DNA of 61,990 bases, filler included, from Limisphaerales bacterium (GTDB lineage Bacteria; Verrucomicrobiota; Verrucomicrobiia; Limisphaerales; SIBE01), in NCBI GenBank assembly GCA_044225505.1. It is 7 parts of 7 records of this genome, joined end to end, with 100 filler letters (N's around TTAATTAATTAA, not from the genome) between each part and the next. Parts side by side here need not be neighbours in the genome. Positions count along the whole stretch, not along the records: positions 9,539 to 18,973 come from JBGAIN010000238.1; positions 19,074 to 28,500 come from JBGAIN010000239.1; 5 more parts are not named here. One strand, given 5' to 3'. The notes below the pieces were generated by a model. That model had not been told where the DNA came from and searched no databases. It saw only the letters and a program-made list of their open reading frames with translations. Of this stretch, positions 9,694 through 19,999 are shown piece after piece (the first letter of the stretch is position 1; the number at the start of each line of letters is the position of its first letter). The translations under genes and the position numbers were made by a program.

Positions 9694-9957
9694 GGCACGA
9701 CCGCGATCGCGAAGGATTCGAGCGCTGCTGGCCGCATCGGACGGTCCGGCGGACTCAAGTCCCCGCGCCAACAAAGAGTGGTACTGTCGAGATGCACCCG
9801 CTTGTTCTGCAGGCATGCCCGGCGAAAGCTGGAAGGCCCGCAGCGAAACGCCCAGTCAGGAATGAATCGAGCCTTCGCGACGCAGCCTGCCGCCAACCGC
9901 CCCGCTTGAGGGACGGCCGCAGACAGAAGGCCAGACGCATGCTTTCCGCACCGTCAA

Positions 9958-12900
9958 CTAAGAAGCCGGTCGCAGTTTCAGAAGCAAATCTTTGCTTTGC
10001 ACTGTTTCGCCCAGGCTAACAAAGAGCTCTTCCACAACCGCGTCCATGGGTGCAGCGACCGTGGTCTGCATCTTCATGGCTTCCATCATGAGGAGTTTGT
10101 CGCCTTTGCTCACTTTGTGACCCACACCCACCGAGATCGTGGCAATGAGTCCGGGGATGGGCGCGGGCACTTGTCGCGGATCGTTGAGATCGGCTTTGGG
10201 GCGTTGTTTGACTTTGGCCGCGAGTTGCTTGTCCGCAATCGACGCTTCCCGAGTTACACCGTTCAGTTCATAGGTAACAGTGCGGCGCCCGTCCTTCTCC
10301 GCTTCGCTCACGTTCACGAGCCGAATGATCAGGGTCTTACCCGGTTCAATCGTGGCGCTGATTTCCTGGCGCGGTTGCAGCCCGTAAAAGAACGCCGGAG
10401 TCGGCAGCACACTGACATCCGAAAATTCCTGCCGGTGTTTTTCATAGGCAGCGAAGACCTGCGGATACATCAAATGCGAATAAAGATCGTCATCCGTCGG
10501 AGGGCGTTTCAGTTTTCCCGCCAACTCCTCGCGAAGGGCCACCAGATCGATGGTTTCATCCGCGGAACCGCGAGCTGGATGCCCATGTCGGACGGCGGCT
10601 TGATATCGCGCTTTCGCTTGTTTGAATCCTGCTTCGCCCAGGACGACCTTCCAGACCGGTTCTGGCCAACCGCCTGGCGGCCAGCCCAACCCGCCGTTGA
10701 ACATATCAATCACGCTTTCAGGAAACGGCGTCACGCCCGGTTCCAGGTTCACAACGTGGGCTGGTTCGATGCCTCGGCTGAAAAGAAAGAGTGCCATGTC
10801 TCCCACGACTTTGGAAGAGGGCGTCACTTTGACGATATCCCCAAAGAGCTTATTGACTTCGGCATAGTAACGGGCGATTTCGTGCCAGCGATGGGCAACT
10901 CCCATGCTCGTCGCTTGTTCCTTGAGATTGGTGTATTGGCCGCCGGGCATCTCATGCAGGTAAACCTCGGCGCTACCCGTTTTGGGCGCCGCATCAAACG
11001 GTCTGTAATACTCCCGCACCACTTCCCAGTAGTCGGACACGAGGTTGAGTGTGTCCAAATCCAGATGCGTATCCCGGGGCGAATGCTGGAGAGCAGCGAC
11101 GATCGAATTCAGGTTGGGCTGGCTGGTGCTGCCGGACATCGACGCAATCGCGAGATCAACGATGTCCGCCCCTGACTCGCTCGCCTGGATGACCGAGGCG
11201 GAATTTATGCCGCTCGTATCATGGGTGTGAAAATGGATAGGAAGCCCGACTTCCTCTTTGAGCGCTTTAATCAACTTGCGTGCCGCGAAAGGGCGGCACA
11301 GACCGGCCATGTCTTTGATCGCGAGAAAGTGAGCCCCCATCTTTTCAAGTTCACGAGCGAGTTCGACATAATACTTGAGTGGGAACTTATCGCGCTTCTC
11401 GTCGAGGATATCGCCCGTGTAGCAAATGGCGGCCTCACAAATCGCATGGGTCTGGCGCACCGCAGCCATGCCCACACGGAGGTTCGGCAGGTAATTCAGT
11501 GAATCGAAAATGCGGAAGATATCAATTCCAGAAGCAGCGGCATGTTGCACGAACCCAGCGACGACATTCTCTGGATACTGCGTGTAACCGACCGCATTAG
11601 AGCCACGGAAGAGCATTTGAAAGCAAATGTTTGGAATCGCCGCGCGCAATTGGCGAAGACGCTCCCAAGGATCTTCGTAAAGAAAGCGCATGGCACTGTC
11701 GAAAGTGGCGCCGCCCCACATCTCAAGGGAGAAGAGCCCGTTCTCTAACCCGCCCAGCTTATGCGCCAAAGGGGCTGCGCACGCTAGCATATCATAGGTC
11801 CGCACGCGCGTGGCCATGATGGACTGGTGCGCGTCGCGAAAGGTGGTATCCGTGACGAGCAACCGCTTCTGTTTGCTGGTCCACTCCGCGAACTTTTTCG
11901 GGCCCAGTTCCAAAAGCAAATCACGGGTTCCCTTGGGCAAGGCTGCGTCGAGATCGCAGGCTGGAGCTTTGGCAACTTCAAACACTTTGTCCGGCTTGAA
12001 TCCTTTCACTTGCGGGTTGCTGTTAACAATGATGTTTCCCAGGTAGTTCAGCAACTTGGTGGCGCGGTCCCGTCGCGGTGTGAACGTGTAGAGCTCCGGC
12101 GTGCTATCAACCAGCACCGTCGTGGCGCGCCCCTCGGCAAAGGTCGGGTTGTTAATGACGTTTTCCAGGAACGGAATGTTCGTCTTCACTCCGCGGATGC
12201 GAAACTCCCGCAAGGCCCGATCCATGCGGTGCCGGGCGAGATCCCAGTCGTTCGCCGAGGCGATCACTTTCACCAGCAGAGAATCGTAGAAAGGCGTAAT
12301 GACAGCGCCCGCGTAGCCCATTCCCCCGTCCAGCCGGATCCCAAACCCGCCCGTGGATCGGTAAGCGAGAATCTTTCCGTAGTCCGGCGTGAACTTGTTT
12401 TCGGGATCTTCCGTGGTTAAGCGACACTGAATGGCATACCCGTTTCGCGGCACTTTATCCTGGGTGGGCATCCCAACAGGTTGACCATGCAACGGATGCC
12501 CTTGCGCAATGAGAATCTGCGCTTGCACCAGATCTACCCCGGTAATGACTTCTGTAACGGTGTGCTCCACCTGGATCCTGGGGTTCATCTCGATGAAAAA
12601 CCATTCATGCCTGTCCAGATCGTAGAGGAATTCGATCGTGCCAGCGTTGTCGTAGCGAATCTCCCGCGCGATCCGCGCGGCCGCTTCGCAAAGTTCCTTG
12701 GTCACTTTCTCGGGCAGGTTATAGCTGGGCGCGACCTCCACGACTTTTTGATGGCGGCGTTGCACGGAACAATCTCGTTCGTGCAAGTGGATCACATTGC
12801 CATGCTGATCCCCAAGAATTTGCACCTCGATGTGTTTGGCATGTCGAATGTACTTCTCCAAGAAGACGGCCGGATTGCCAAAAGCTCTTCCCGCTTCGCT

Positions 12901-13506
12901 CTGAGCCTCATCCAAAAGCCGGGCAAGATCTGCGGCTTTGTGCACCACGCGCATGCCGCGTCCGCCGCCGCCGAAAGCCGCCTTGATCATGAGCGGAAAA
13001 CCGATGTCACGGGCGACTTTGATGGCTTGTTCCCTCTCCGTGATCGGTTCGGCAGTGCCCGGCAAGGTCGGCACGTTCAGGCGCTCGGCCAATGCTCGCG
13101 CGGCCGTCTTGTCGCCCATGGTGTCCAGAAGCTCAGGACGTGGCCCGACAAATGTGATTCCAGCGCGCCCGCAGGCCCGCGCGAACTCCGCGTTTTCACT
13201 CAGGAATCCGTAACCCGGATGAATCGCTTCCACGCCGATGTTCTTGGCCAACTCGACAATGCTTTCAATGTCCAGGTAAGCGGCGACCGGCCCTTTTCCA
13301 ACGCCGATTTGATAGGCCTCGTCCGCTTTAAAGCGATGGATGCTGAAACGGTCCTCTTGCGCGTAAACCGCCACCGTCCTCAATCCTAGATCCGTGGCCG
13401 CCCGAAAGATACGGATCGCAATTTCAGAGCGATTAGCGGCCAAAAGTTTGGTGAAGCGTCGCGGTTTCAATTCCGTCGCTGCTTCTCGCGATTGTTGTAA
13501 AGCCAT
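9958..13506 (-). CDS. pyc: Pyruvate carboxylase
   Basis: Biotin carboxylase domain (ANRSEIAIR, HPGYGFLSEN, ERDCSVQRRHQK), carboxyltransferase domain (RDAHQS, HFHTHDTSG) and biotinyl domain (EAMKM). Confidence 0.97.
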   Translation of the reverse strand: MALQQSREAATELKPRRFTKLLAANRSEIAIRIFRAATDLGLRTVAVYAQEDRFSIHRFKADEAYQIGVGKGPVAAYLDIESIVELAKNIGVEAIHPGYGFLSENAEFARACGRAGITFVGPRPELLDTMGDKTAARALAERLNVPTLPGTAEPITEREQAIKVARDIGFPLMIKAAFGGGGRGMRVVHKAADLARLLDEAQSEAGRAFGNPAVFLEKYIRHAKHIEVQILGDQHGNVIHLHERDCSVQRRHQKVVEVAPSYNLPEKVTKELCEAAARIAREIRYDNAGTIEFLYDLDRHEWFFIEMNPRIQVEHTVTEVITGVDLVQAQILIAQGHPLHGQPVGMPTQDKVPRNGYAIQCRLTTEDPENKFTPDYGKILAYRSTGGFGIRLDGGMGYAGAVITPFYDSLLVKVIASANDWDLARHRMDRALREFRIRGVKTNIPFLENVINNPTFAEGRATTVLVDSTPELYTFTPRRDRATKLLNYLGNIIVNSNPQVKGFKPDKVFEVAKAPACDLDAALPKGTRDLLLELGPKKFAEWTSKQKRLLVTDTTFRDAHQSIMATRVRTYDMLACAAPLAHKLGGLENGLFSLEMWGGATFDSAMRFLYEDPWERLRQLRAAIPNICFQMLFRGSNAVGYTQYPENVVAGFVQHAAASGIDIFRIFDSLNYLPNLRVGMAAVRQTHAICEAAICYTGDILDEKRDKFPLKYYVELARELEKMGAHFLAIKDMAGLCRPFAARKLIKALKEEVGLPIHFHTHDTSGINSASVIQASESGADIVDLAIASMSGSTSQPNLNSIVAALQHSPRDTHLDLDTLNLVSDYWEVVREYYRPFDAAPKTGSAEVYLHEMPGGQYTNLKEQATSMGVAHRWHEIARYYAEVNKLFGDIVKVTPSSKVVGDMALFLFSRGIEPAHVVNLEPGVTPFPESVIDMFNGGLGWPPGGWPEPVWKVVLGEAGFKQAKARYQAAVRHGHPARGSADETIDLVALREELAGKLKRPPTDDDLYSHLMYPQVFAAYEKHRQEFSDVSVLPTPAFFYGLQPRQEISATIEPGKTLIIRLVNVSEAEKDGRRTVTYELNGVTREASIADKQLAAKVKQRPKADLNDPRQVPAPIPGLIATISVGVGHKVSKGDKLLMMEAMKMQTTVAAPMDAVVEELFVSLGETVQSKDLLLKLRPAS

Positions 13507-13628
13507 AGGCGGGGCCTATATAACCAGCTTTGCCCAAAGCGACACAAGAGAAAGCCTACGCGGGCTTGTGCTCCCCCCTGCCCTCCTCGGCGAGTCCTTT
13601 CCCTCTCGGACGGGCTCTTCACCGGATT

Positions 13629-16280
13629 TCAGTGCGAGTCTGGCGTCGCCTCAAACGTGGCCAAACGTTGGCCAGTAACCCCATTCCAAACAAACACCTT
13701 GCCTTCTTCCCCCCCGGCCACCACCACGCGGCCGTCGGGCGTGGCTGCCGCGCTGTAAATGAACGCTTGGGCGCCCGCAAAGCTCCGGACAGATTCCCCT
13801 TTGTCATTCACGATCCGGACCTGGCCATCCCCAGAAGTGACCAGAAAACCATCATCCACGAATGGCGTGATCGAGGTAACCTCCTTTCCAGATCCCTCCA
13901 CATTCCTGGTCCGCTGACCGGATTTGTAATCCCAGAATTTCACCACGGCATCCGCGCCAGCGGTGGCCAGGGTTCGACCGTCCGGCTTCCAGGCGACGCC
14001 CAACACATGGTGAAGGTGCCCCTCGAACGAGCGAGTGACCCGCCCGCCTTCCAGGTCGATAACCTTCATAAACCGATCCGCCGCCGCGCTGGCCAGCAAC
14101 TTTCCAGAAGGAGCAAGATCGACACTGAGCACTGCATCGCTATGTAAATTCCGGAACTCACGCGCAAGACGGCCAGAGGCCAAATCCCATAGCTGCACAT
14201 CACCCGAGCGGCTAGGCTCGCCGCTCCCGACCACGAGGGTCTGGCCATCGCGCGCGAATGCTAGTGCATTCGCTCGGTCAGAAATCTGGGATTCCAGATC
14301 ACCCGTCCCAAGCGTTCTCTGCAGGGTCCAGCGCGGTGCTAGCTGCCACTGCATCCGCGTTCCTTCGTGGGTAAACCCTTCCAGCGTCTCTTCATCCGCG
14401 AATGCCAGGTTCGCTACGGCTGCGGTCCCGCACGACAACGTATCGATGGCCCCGCCAGTCTCTCCGTTCCAAGTGTGTATCACGCCACCGTCGTGGAGGG
14501 TGGCAAGCACTTGACCCGAAGCCGAGAATGCCAGCGCCTGGACTGGTTTGAACGATTCCTCAAACGCACGGTTCGCTGCTTCTGCCAGGCTCTCGGACCG
14601 TGTCCGTTCCGTTTCCGCAGACGCCACCGCCCGCTCCACCTCCGCCAGAACGTCTGCAGCTCGTTGCGCCGCCGCGATGGCGAGCGACAGCTCCGTCTCG
14701 AACGTCGCGCGCTTTTGGTCCGCCTTTTGGAGCTCCGCCTCGATTTGTTGGGATTGCTTCTCCGCGGCCTCAAGCGCTGCCTTTGCGGCCTTGCTTCGAG
14801 CTGTAAACTCCTCAGCTGCGACCCCGGCGTTGTCATTCGCTCCTTTCAAATCACGCGCCGTTTTCTGGGCTGCCTCCAAGGTCGCCTTGGCTTCCGTCGC
14901 ACGCTGCCTCTTTTCTGTCACGGCCTTCTCTGCTGCAGTCAGATCCTCGGCACTTTTCCGGACCCTGGCCACCTGCAACTGGCGCTCTTTCTCGGCTGTA
15001 GTGGAGGCGGCAATCTGGTAGTTCAACTCGTTCGTCGCCTGGCGGTACAGCCTCCGACAGACAGCCGCTCGTTCCTGGGCGAACCGATCGCCAGCCAGAG
15101 TCTGAATCGGGGTCCCAGCAGGCAGTGCCCACAGTCTCATGCGATGATCCGTGCCGACAGAGACCAATCTCCTGCCATCGGGTCGCCATGCCACCGTGCG
15201 AACGGAACTTCCGTGATTCATGGATGCCACGACCTGCGCCGTGCTCAGATCCCAGACCTGCAACAGACCGTCGTCCGTGGCAAGAACGATCGTCCTTGGA
15301 ACCCGGCAATCCCAATTCAAACAACAGACATCGCATTGACCCGTTTCGATCTCTGCACTCAAGACCAGAGTCGGTGCGGCGCCGGGAGTGACCGTCCAGC
15401 GTCTCAAGACGCCATCCCGCGTCACGGCGATGAGTTCATTCTCCCGAGGCGCTCCGCACCACGCAGCCAAGTGATTTGAGTCCGAGCGAGCACTGGTGTC
15501 CGGCAACGGCGCGTCCCCTGGACGCAAGCCAATCAACGGAGCTAACTTCGCTCGCTGCCAGAGTTTAACTTCTCGATACGCTCCCGACGCCAGCATTTCC
15601 CCAGTCGGACTGAACGCCAAAGCCCGAACCGCATCGCGGTGCGCCACTTGGCCTTTGGCCGCAAACAGCGAGGAATCGGTTAAGGCCACGGGATTGCCGG
15701 AAGATACGAGCGGGTAGATATAAAGCCGGTTGCCACGGTTACAGGCCACGAACTGGCCGTCGGCCGTTACGGCCACCGCATAGATCGGCTGACAGCGCTC
15801 CGGAAGTTCCTGCCACGAGATTTGAGCACCGGTCGTCACCTCCCCACGCGCCCCTTGTTCAATCCAGAGCTTGAGCAACCCCAGTTCCGAAGCACTGAGT
15901 GGCGACGCGGCGACTTTATTCTCGGGTGGAGGCATTTCCGGATCCGACCGATGGGCGGCCGACTGGAACAGCAAGCTTTCCTGGGCGCGCCCTGGGACAA
16001 CGACCGGCCCATTGGCGCTGCCTTTCAGGATTGTGGCCGGCGTTTCCAAGACCAAGCTGGCCTTGGCTTTGCCTTGCGCATGACACGCCAGGCAATTGCG
16101 ACGAAGCATTGGAAGGATCTCTTTCGCAAAATCGATGGGCTCACGGCGCTGAAGATCCGCAACGGGCAGTGGCGCGGCCAACAAGGCTGGAATTATTCCA
16201 AAAAGGAACACCATCATCGGAATCGCGCTGGAGCAATGCGCCCGGGCACTCCAACGGAAAGAAATAGGGTTCATTCTCAC
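13629..16280 (-). CDS. Secreted planctomycete-type cytochrome c domain + coiled-coil + WD40 repeat protein
   Basis: Signal peptide, IDFAKEILPMLRRNCLACH (CxxCH), MPP, LKLWIEQGA, multiple WD40 repeats and an Ala/Lys/Glu coiled coil. Confidence 0.88.
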   Translation of the reverse strand: MRMNPISFRWSARAHCSSAIPMMVFLFGIIPALLAAPLPVADLQRREPIDFAKEILPMLRRNCLACHAQGKAKASLVLETPATILKGSANGPVVVPGRAQESLLFQSAAHRSDPEMPPPENKVAASPLSASELGLLKLWIEQGARGEVTTGAQISWQELPERCQPIYAVAVTADGQFVACNRGNRLYIYPLVSSGNPVALTDSSLFAAKGQVAHRDAVRALAFSPTGEMLASGAYREVKLWQRAKLAPLIGLRPGDAPLPDTSARSDSNHLAAWCGAPRENELIAVTRDGVLRRWTVTPGAAPTLVLSAEIETGQCDVCCLNWDCRVPRTIVLATDDGLLQVWDLSTAQVVASMNHGSSVRTVAWRPDGRRLVSVGTDHRMRLWALPAGTPIQTLAGDRFAQERAAVCRRLYRQATNELNYQIAASTTAEKERQLQVARVRKSAEDLTAAEKAVTEKRQRATEAKATLEAAQKTARDLKGANDNAGVAAEEFTARSKAAKAALEAAEKQSQQIEAELQKADQKRATFETELSLAIAAAQRAADVLAEVERAVASAETERTRSESLAEAANRAFEESFKPVQALAFSASGQVLATLHDGGVIHTWNGETGGAIDTLSCGTAAVANLAFADEETLEGFTHEGTRMQWQLAPRWTLQRTLGTGDLESQISDRANALAFARDGQTLVVGSGEPSRSGDVQLWDLASGRLAREFRNLHSDAVLSVDLAPSGKLLASAAADRFMKVIDLEGGRVTRSFEGHLHHVLGVAWKPDGRTLATAGADAVVKFWDYKSGQRTRNVEGSGKEVTSITPFVDDGFLVTSGDGQVRIVNDKGESVRSFAGAQAFIYSAAATPDGRVVVAGGEEGKVFVWNGVTGQRLATFEATPDSH

Positions 16281-18967
16281 GGTGCCAACGACGCCACTCC
16301 CGGAGACGTGACGTCAATCGTGATCAATCCGGAATAGGCGGTCACTCGCCTTTCTTCATATTGAAGCGGGGCCGACGCTATCTTAGCCGCCTGGCTCAAC
16401 TCATCCGCCTTCTTGCGCGCCTCGCGCGCGCGCTCAATGGCGTCGCGTCCTGCCTGTTCTGCGGGTCCTCGCGTCAGTCCGTTCGTTACTGTCCTTCCTT
16501 GGGCCGCGGGATTCCTCTCTGCGGACTTCCTCAAGTCGGCCGCCTTCTCCTGGGCGGTGCGGGCAACCTGTTCTGCTTCTCGGACTCGCGCCTCCGCCGC
16601 TGGAACTTCGCTGGTGGCCAAGCGGCGGTACTTGGCTTGGGCTTGAGCCCAGACGTAGATCTGGTGTCTGCCAGGGGCTATCTTCTGCTGCGTAAGATCC
16701 AGCTCGAAGGTGAATTCGTTGGTCTGTGCACTCAGATCAACTTCTTTGAGTGAATCCACCGCCGAAATGCCCGCGAGCTTTAGCTTGAGGTTGCCCGTCA
16801 ATTCCGCCCGAGCGGATAGGCGAATCGGAATTCGCAGTTTGCCTCCCACCGGTGCGGTCAATTCGCGCGCTTCCGCCATCGACAAAACGAGGGGCGCGGT
16901 CTCGTCGCCACTCACTCCCACCCACAAGTCGTGCGTGAGACGCGACTCGATCGGTTCTAGATTGTAATCCGCGACCTCGCGAATCACCGTGGCCGAGCGT
17001 GCCGTTCGCACCACGCAGTTTGTTCCTTCCGCTTGCACGCGCCCCACCACCTGGATGGGGCCATGCCAAGCAGATGCAGTCTCCGCGGCCCGAAGGAAGA
17101 TTAGGCCGGTGGTCTGGTTCGGTGCGAGAATCGCCGGGCTCGCACTGACGAAAGAAGGAAGCCCTTCCACAGAAAGTTCCACAGCTTTCTCAAAGCCATC
17201 GCGCCGCAACACGATGACTCTCAACGGGACGGTCTCATCCTGGCGGAGAAACGGCGTCGTGACGCGCCCTTCCCGCCGATCTCGATTCAATTCTGGCGGA
17301 GCGTGTGAGACGACAATCATCCGAAAGTCAGGCGTCTCTCGGCGCAAAGAAAGCCGGTAAATGCGCCGCGGATCCGCTTGTCCGCTGGTGTTGAATAAGT
17401 CCCGAATCTCGACGCGGTACCGGCCGGACTCTTTCGGTTCGAGTCGCCAACTCACGTCACGATGCGCGGTGTTAAACTCCACCCCGCCAATGTTCGCGTC
17501 GCTTCCGTAAATCTCTTGCACATCGACGCTCTTCTCTTCATTGCCGACTCGGGTCAACCGTTGGACCAAGATAAACGGGCTGGTCGGAAGACCTAACCGA
17601 TGAGAAAAGGTCTCTATCCAGTAGCGTTCCCCTTTCTCGGCCGTGAAAGTCACCCAGTCCCGGTCTCCCGCCGGATAAAACTGGCCAACGACCTCGCAAG
17701 GCAAAGCAACCAACTGCGCCTGATTGACTGAATCATTGGGCTCCAGTTCCGGAACGACCGACGCGGTGGCCAAGTCGACGCTCACGGGTATGGCCGCGTG
17801 AGGGTCCGGATGAAACGCGGTCCGGAAACTGTCGATCACAACGCCAGCCAAAGGCCGTGTTCTTCCTAATAGGCCTGTCGCCAGCGTTGCTTGGCTTGGA
17901 ACAGCAATTGCCCGAACCAGCTGTTCCACAGGCTGGCCGTCCACCCGGAGCGAGTCAGCACTCCCGGCGCGACCCAGGTTCCGACCATACACAGCCAATT
18001 CCGTCTCCGTTCCCGCGTGAGCCGACGGCGGAAATATCCAATCGACCCGCGCTCGCGACGAGACCGCCAGGCGGTAAGCGAACGCCTCGCCTCCCCGGAA
18101 GAGTGTGTCGTGGATCGCTACGAGAAACTCCTGATTCCCGGTCGCGGTAAAATCGACGGCCCCTCGATGAGTGCGTTGGAGCTCGCGCCCGTCGCTCGCA
18201 TAGAGGCGCAACGTCGGTTCCATGCGCGAATCAATTTCTTTGGTTAAAGATTCGACCAAGACCCGTTGCCCGGCGCGGGCTTGCACGCGGTAATACGCGA
18301 TCGCTTCCGGTAGCGCACGCGCGTTTATGGTTGTGCCGACGGCGATCAAGGTGGCGCTGGACGGCGTCGTGTTCGTTTCTGAACCAATTATTTCGGGGTG
18401 AACCTCGACCGCGAACCGGCGCGGGTTGGAGACGCCGAATCGACCGGCCACTCGAACATCATAGATACCCGCCAGCACATCGCTTCCGATCGACACGCGA
18501 AAGCGGCTGGGCGTTTGCGCTGACGTCCGGCTCCCCACGATTTGAGGATCGGAAAAGAAAATCTCGTTAACGCCGTCCAGGTCCGCGCCTGTGATGGACA
18601 CCTCCACATCGGTGCCCGCCTGCCCGCCAGGAGGGAAAACAGACCAAAGCCGAATCGACGGGAGCTCCGCGAAGGCCAGGGCACTGCTGCAGATCAACCC
18701 AAGGAACGCGACCACAGGCCAGCGAGCAGTTGCGGACGGGCCATCACCCAAGCCACGAAGGGCGTTTTGCCAGAGCTGAAGCCACCAGACGCAAGAAGTA
18801 TTCCCGAAGGTTTTGTTTACCTTGGTCCCGGACTGCCGACAACTAGGAGCCTGTTGAAGAATCAGCATGGACGCTGCGGCGAGGGATTTTGGCTGTAGCC
18901 AAGGCGGCGAGGCCCACGCATCCCCGCAGCGGGCTGTAAGGGCCGAGCCAACGCCGGATGCAGGCAA
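16277..18967 (-). CDS. PPC (pre-peptidase C-terminal)/IPT repeat secreted protein, planctomycete type; true start probably near 18720-18870
   Basis: VFPPGGQAGTDVEVSITG, GRFGVSNPRRF, ELEPNDS..QAQ and GDRDWVTFTAEKGE. Its stop overlaps the ORF-track start of the downstream gene. Confidence 0.8.
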   Translation of the reverse strand: MPASGVGSALTARCGDAWASPPWLQPKSLAAASMLILQQAPSCRQSGTKVNKTFGNTSCVWWLQLWQNALRGLGDGPSATARWPVVAFLGLICSSALAFAELPSIRLWSVFPPGGQAGTDVEVSITGADLDGVNEIFFSDPQIVGSRTSAQTPSRFRVSIGSDVLAGIYDVRVAGRFGVSNPRRFAVEVHPEIIGSETNTTPSSATLIAVGTTINARALPEAIAYYRVQARAGQRVLVESLTKEIDSRMEPTLRLYASDGRELQRTHRGAVDFTATGNQEFLVAIHDTLFRGGEAFAYRLAVSSRARVDWIFPPSAHAGTETELAVYGRNLGRAGSADSLRVDGQPVEQLVRAIAVPSQATLATGLLGRTRPLAGVVIDSFRTAFHPDPHAAIPVSVDLATASVVPELEPNDSVNQAQLVALPCEVVGQFYPAGDRDWVTFTAEKGERYWIETFSHRLGLPTSPFILVQRLTRVGNEEKSVDVQEIYGSDANIGGVEFNTAHRDVSWRLEPKESGRYRVEIRDLFNTSGQADPRRIYRLSLRRETPDFRMIVVSHAPPELNRDRREGRVTTPFLRQDETVPLRVIVLRRDGFEKAVELSVEGLPSFVSASPAILAPNQTTGLIFLRAAETASAWHGPIQVVGRVQAEGTNCVVRTARSATVIREVADYNLEPIESRLTHDLWVGVSGDETAPLVLSMAEARELTAPVGGKLRIPIRLSARAELTGNLKLKLAGISAVDSLKEVDLSAQTNEFTFELDLTQQKIAPGRHQIYVWAQAQAKYRRLATSEVPAAEARVREAEQVARTAQEKAADLRKSAERNPAAQGRTVTNGLTRGPAEQAGRDAIERAREARKKADELSQAAKIASAPLQYEERRVTAYSGLITIDVTSPGVASLAP

Positions 18968-18973
18968 AAGACC

Positions 18974-19073
18974 NNNNNNNNNNNNNNNNNNNNNNNNNNN
19001 NNNNNNNNNNNNNNNNNTTAATTAATTAANNNNNNNNNNNNNNNNNNNNNNNNNNNNNNNNNNNNNNNNNNNN
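18974..19073. other. Artificial contig spacer
   Basis: N44-TTAATTAATTAA-N44. Confidence 0.99.
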
Positions 19074-19084
19074 AAGTGTTACGG

Positions 19085-19876
19085 TCAAGGCACGTCCATC
19101 CAATCAAGCGATCCCATGCCCCAGCCGAAGGGTCCGCTGGGATCAATCCGCCAGACTCGCGGCCCGGGCGGTTTGCCGCCAACGAAGGAACCATCCAGAG
19201 CGTAGTCCGGATACCACGTAAGATCCGCATGCCCGTCCACGAACAACGTTGTGAACCGCCATTTGCCGTGCGCCTGAGGCAGAGTGCCATCGTTGTTTAT
19301 TTGGTTTTTGTCCTTTTGAACAACGGCGTCGCATTACATGATGATTTTTTTGGACGGATACTTCACGTCGTTGACTGACCACTGGCGCGGGGTCCGCGCA
19401 AAGTCGCTTCCCTGCGAGAAGAATTGCAGCCAGTACCAGTAAGAATTCGGGCATGGCAGGTCGTTAGTCTTGATCCCGGCCACAGGGGGAAAGGTGGCCC
19501 AGACCTTGGTAATCATGACGGTATTGTACGGGCCCCGATCGGACGGACAGAAATAGAACGAGCCGTTGGTCCCGAGATAAGGTTGCAGCAGCTTCCAAGC
19601 ATCGATGAACTCTATCCTCGCCCAGCTACTGGAGGTGAAAGGAAATTTCTCGTTGTAGTCGGAGGTGTACTGCAACGTGCCGAGACCAAGCTGTCGCAAA
19701 TTGGAAAGGCAACGCGCGGTTTGCGCTTTGGTTTTTGCTTGCGACAATGCCGGCAACAGCAGGCCCGCCAGAATCGCAATGATGGCGATGACGACGAGCA
19801 GTTCGATAAGGGTGAAAGCAACCGCGAGTTTGAACGATGCACGAACGATGAAGCGATTCAGTCTTGGCGTTTTCAT
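19085..19876 (-). pseudogene. Prepilin-type/H-X9-DG-like protein interrupted by an in-frame TAA (19334-19336)
   Basis: [18 protein letters not shown]-terminus. After KYPSKKIIM* the same frame continues CDAVVQ..QAHGKWRFTTLFVDGHAD..WMDVP* to 19085. Confidence 0.8.
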
Positions 19877-19999
19877 CTTCGCTCGTTACTGCTCTATCTG
19901 AAGGGAAAGGTTACAGCGCAGGCGAAGAATTTTCTGAACTGGGCGCGAACCGGCCGGTGCTCAATCTGCGGATCACCGTGCCAAGGACGGTTGGAGCGT

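Noticed and set aside
9540..10019. 159-aa ORF overlapping the repeat region
   Set aside because: It spans REP/MITE sequence and the antisense of the pyc 3' end, with no protein-like motifs.
9997..13389. Long + strand ORFs (392, 197 and 302 aa) opposite pyc
   Set aside because: Antisense shadows typical of high-GC coding sequence.
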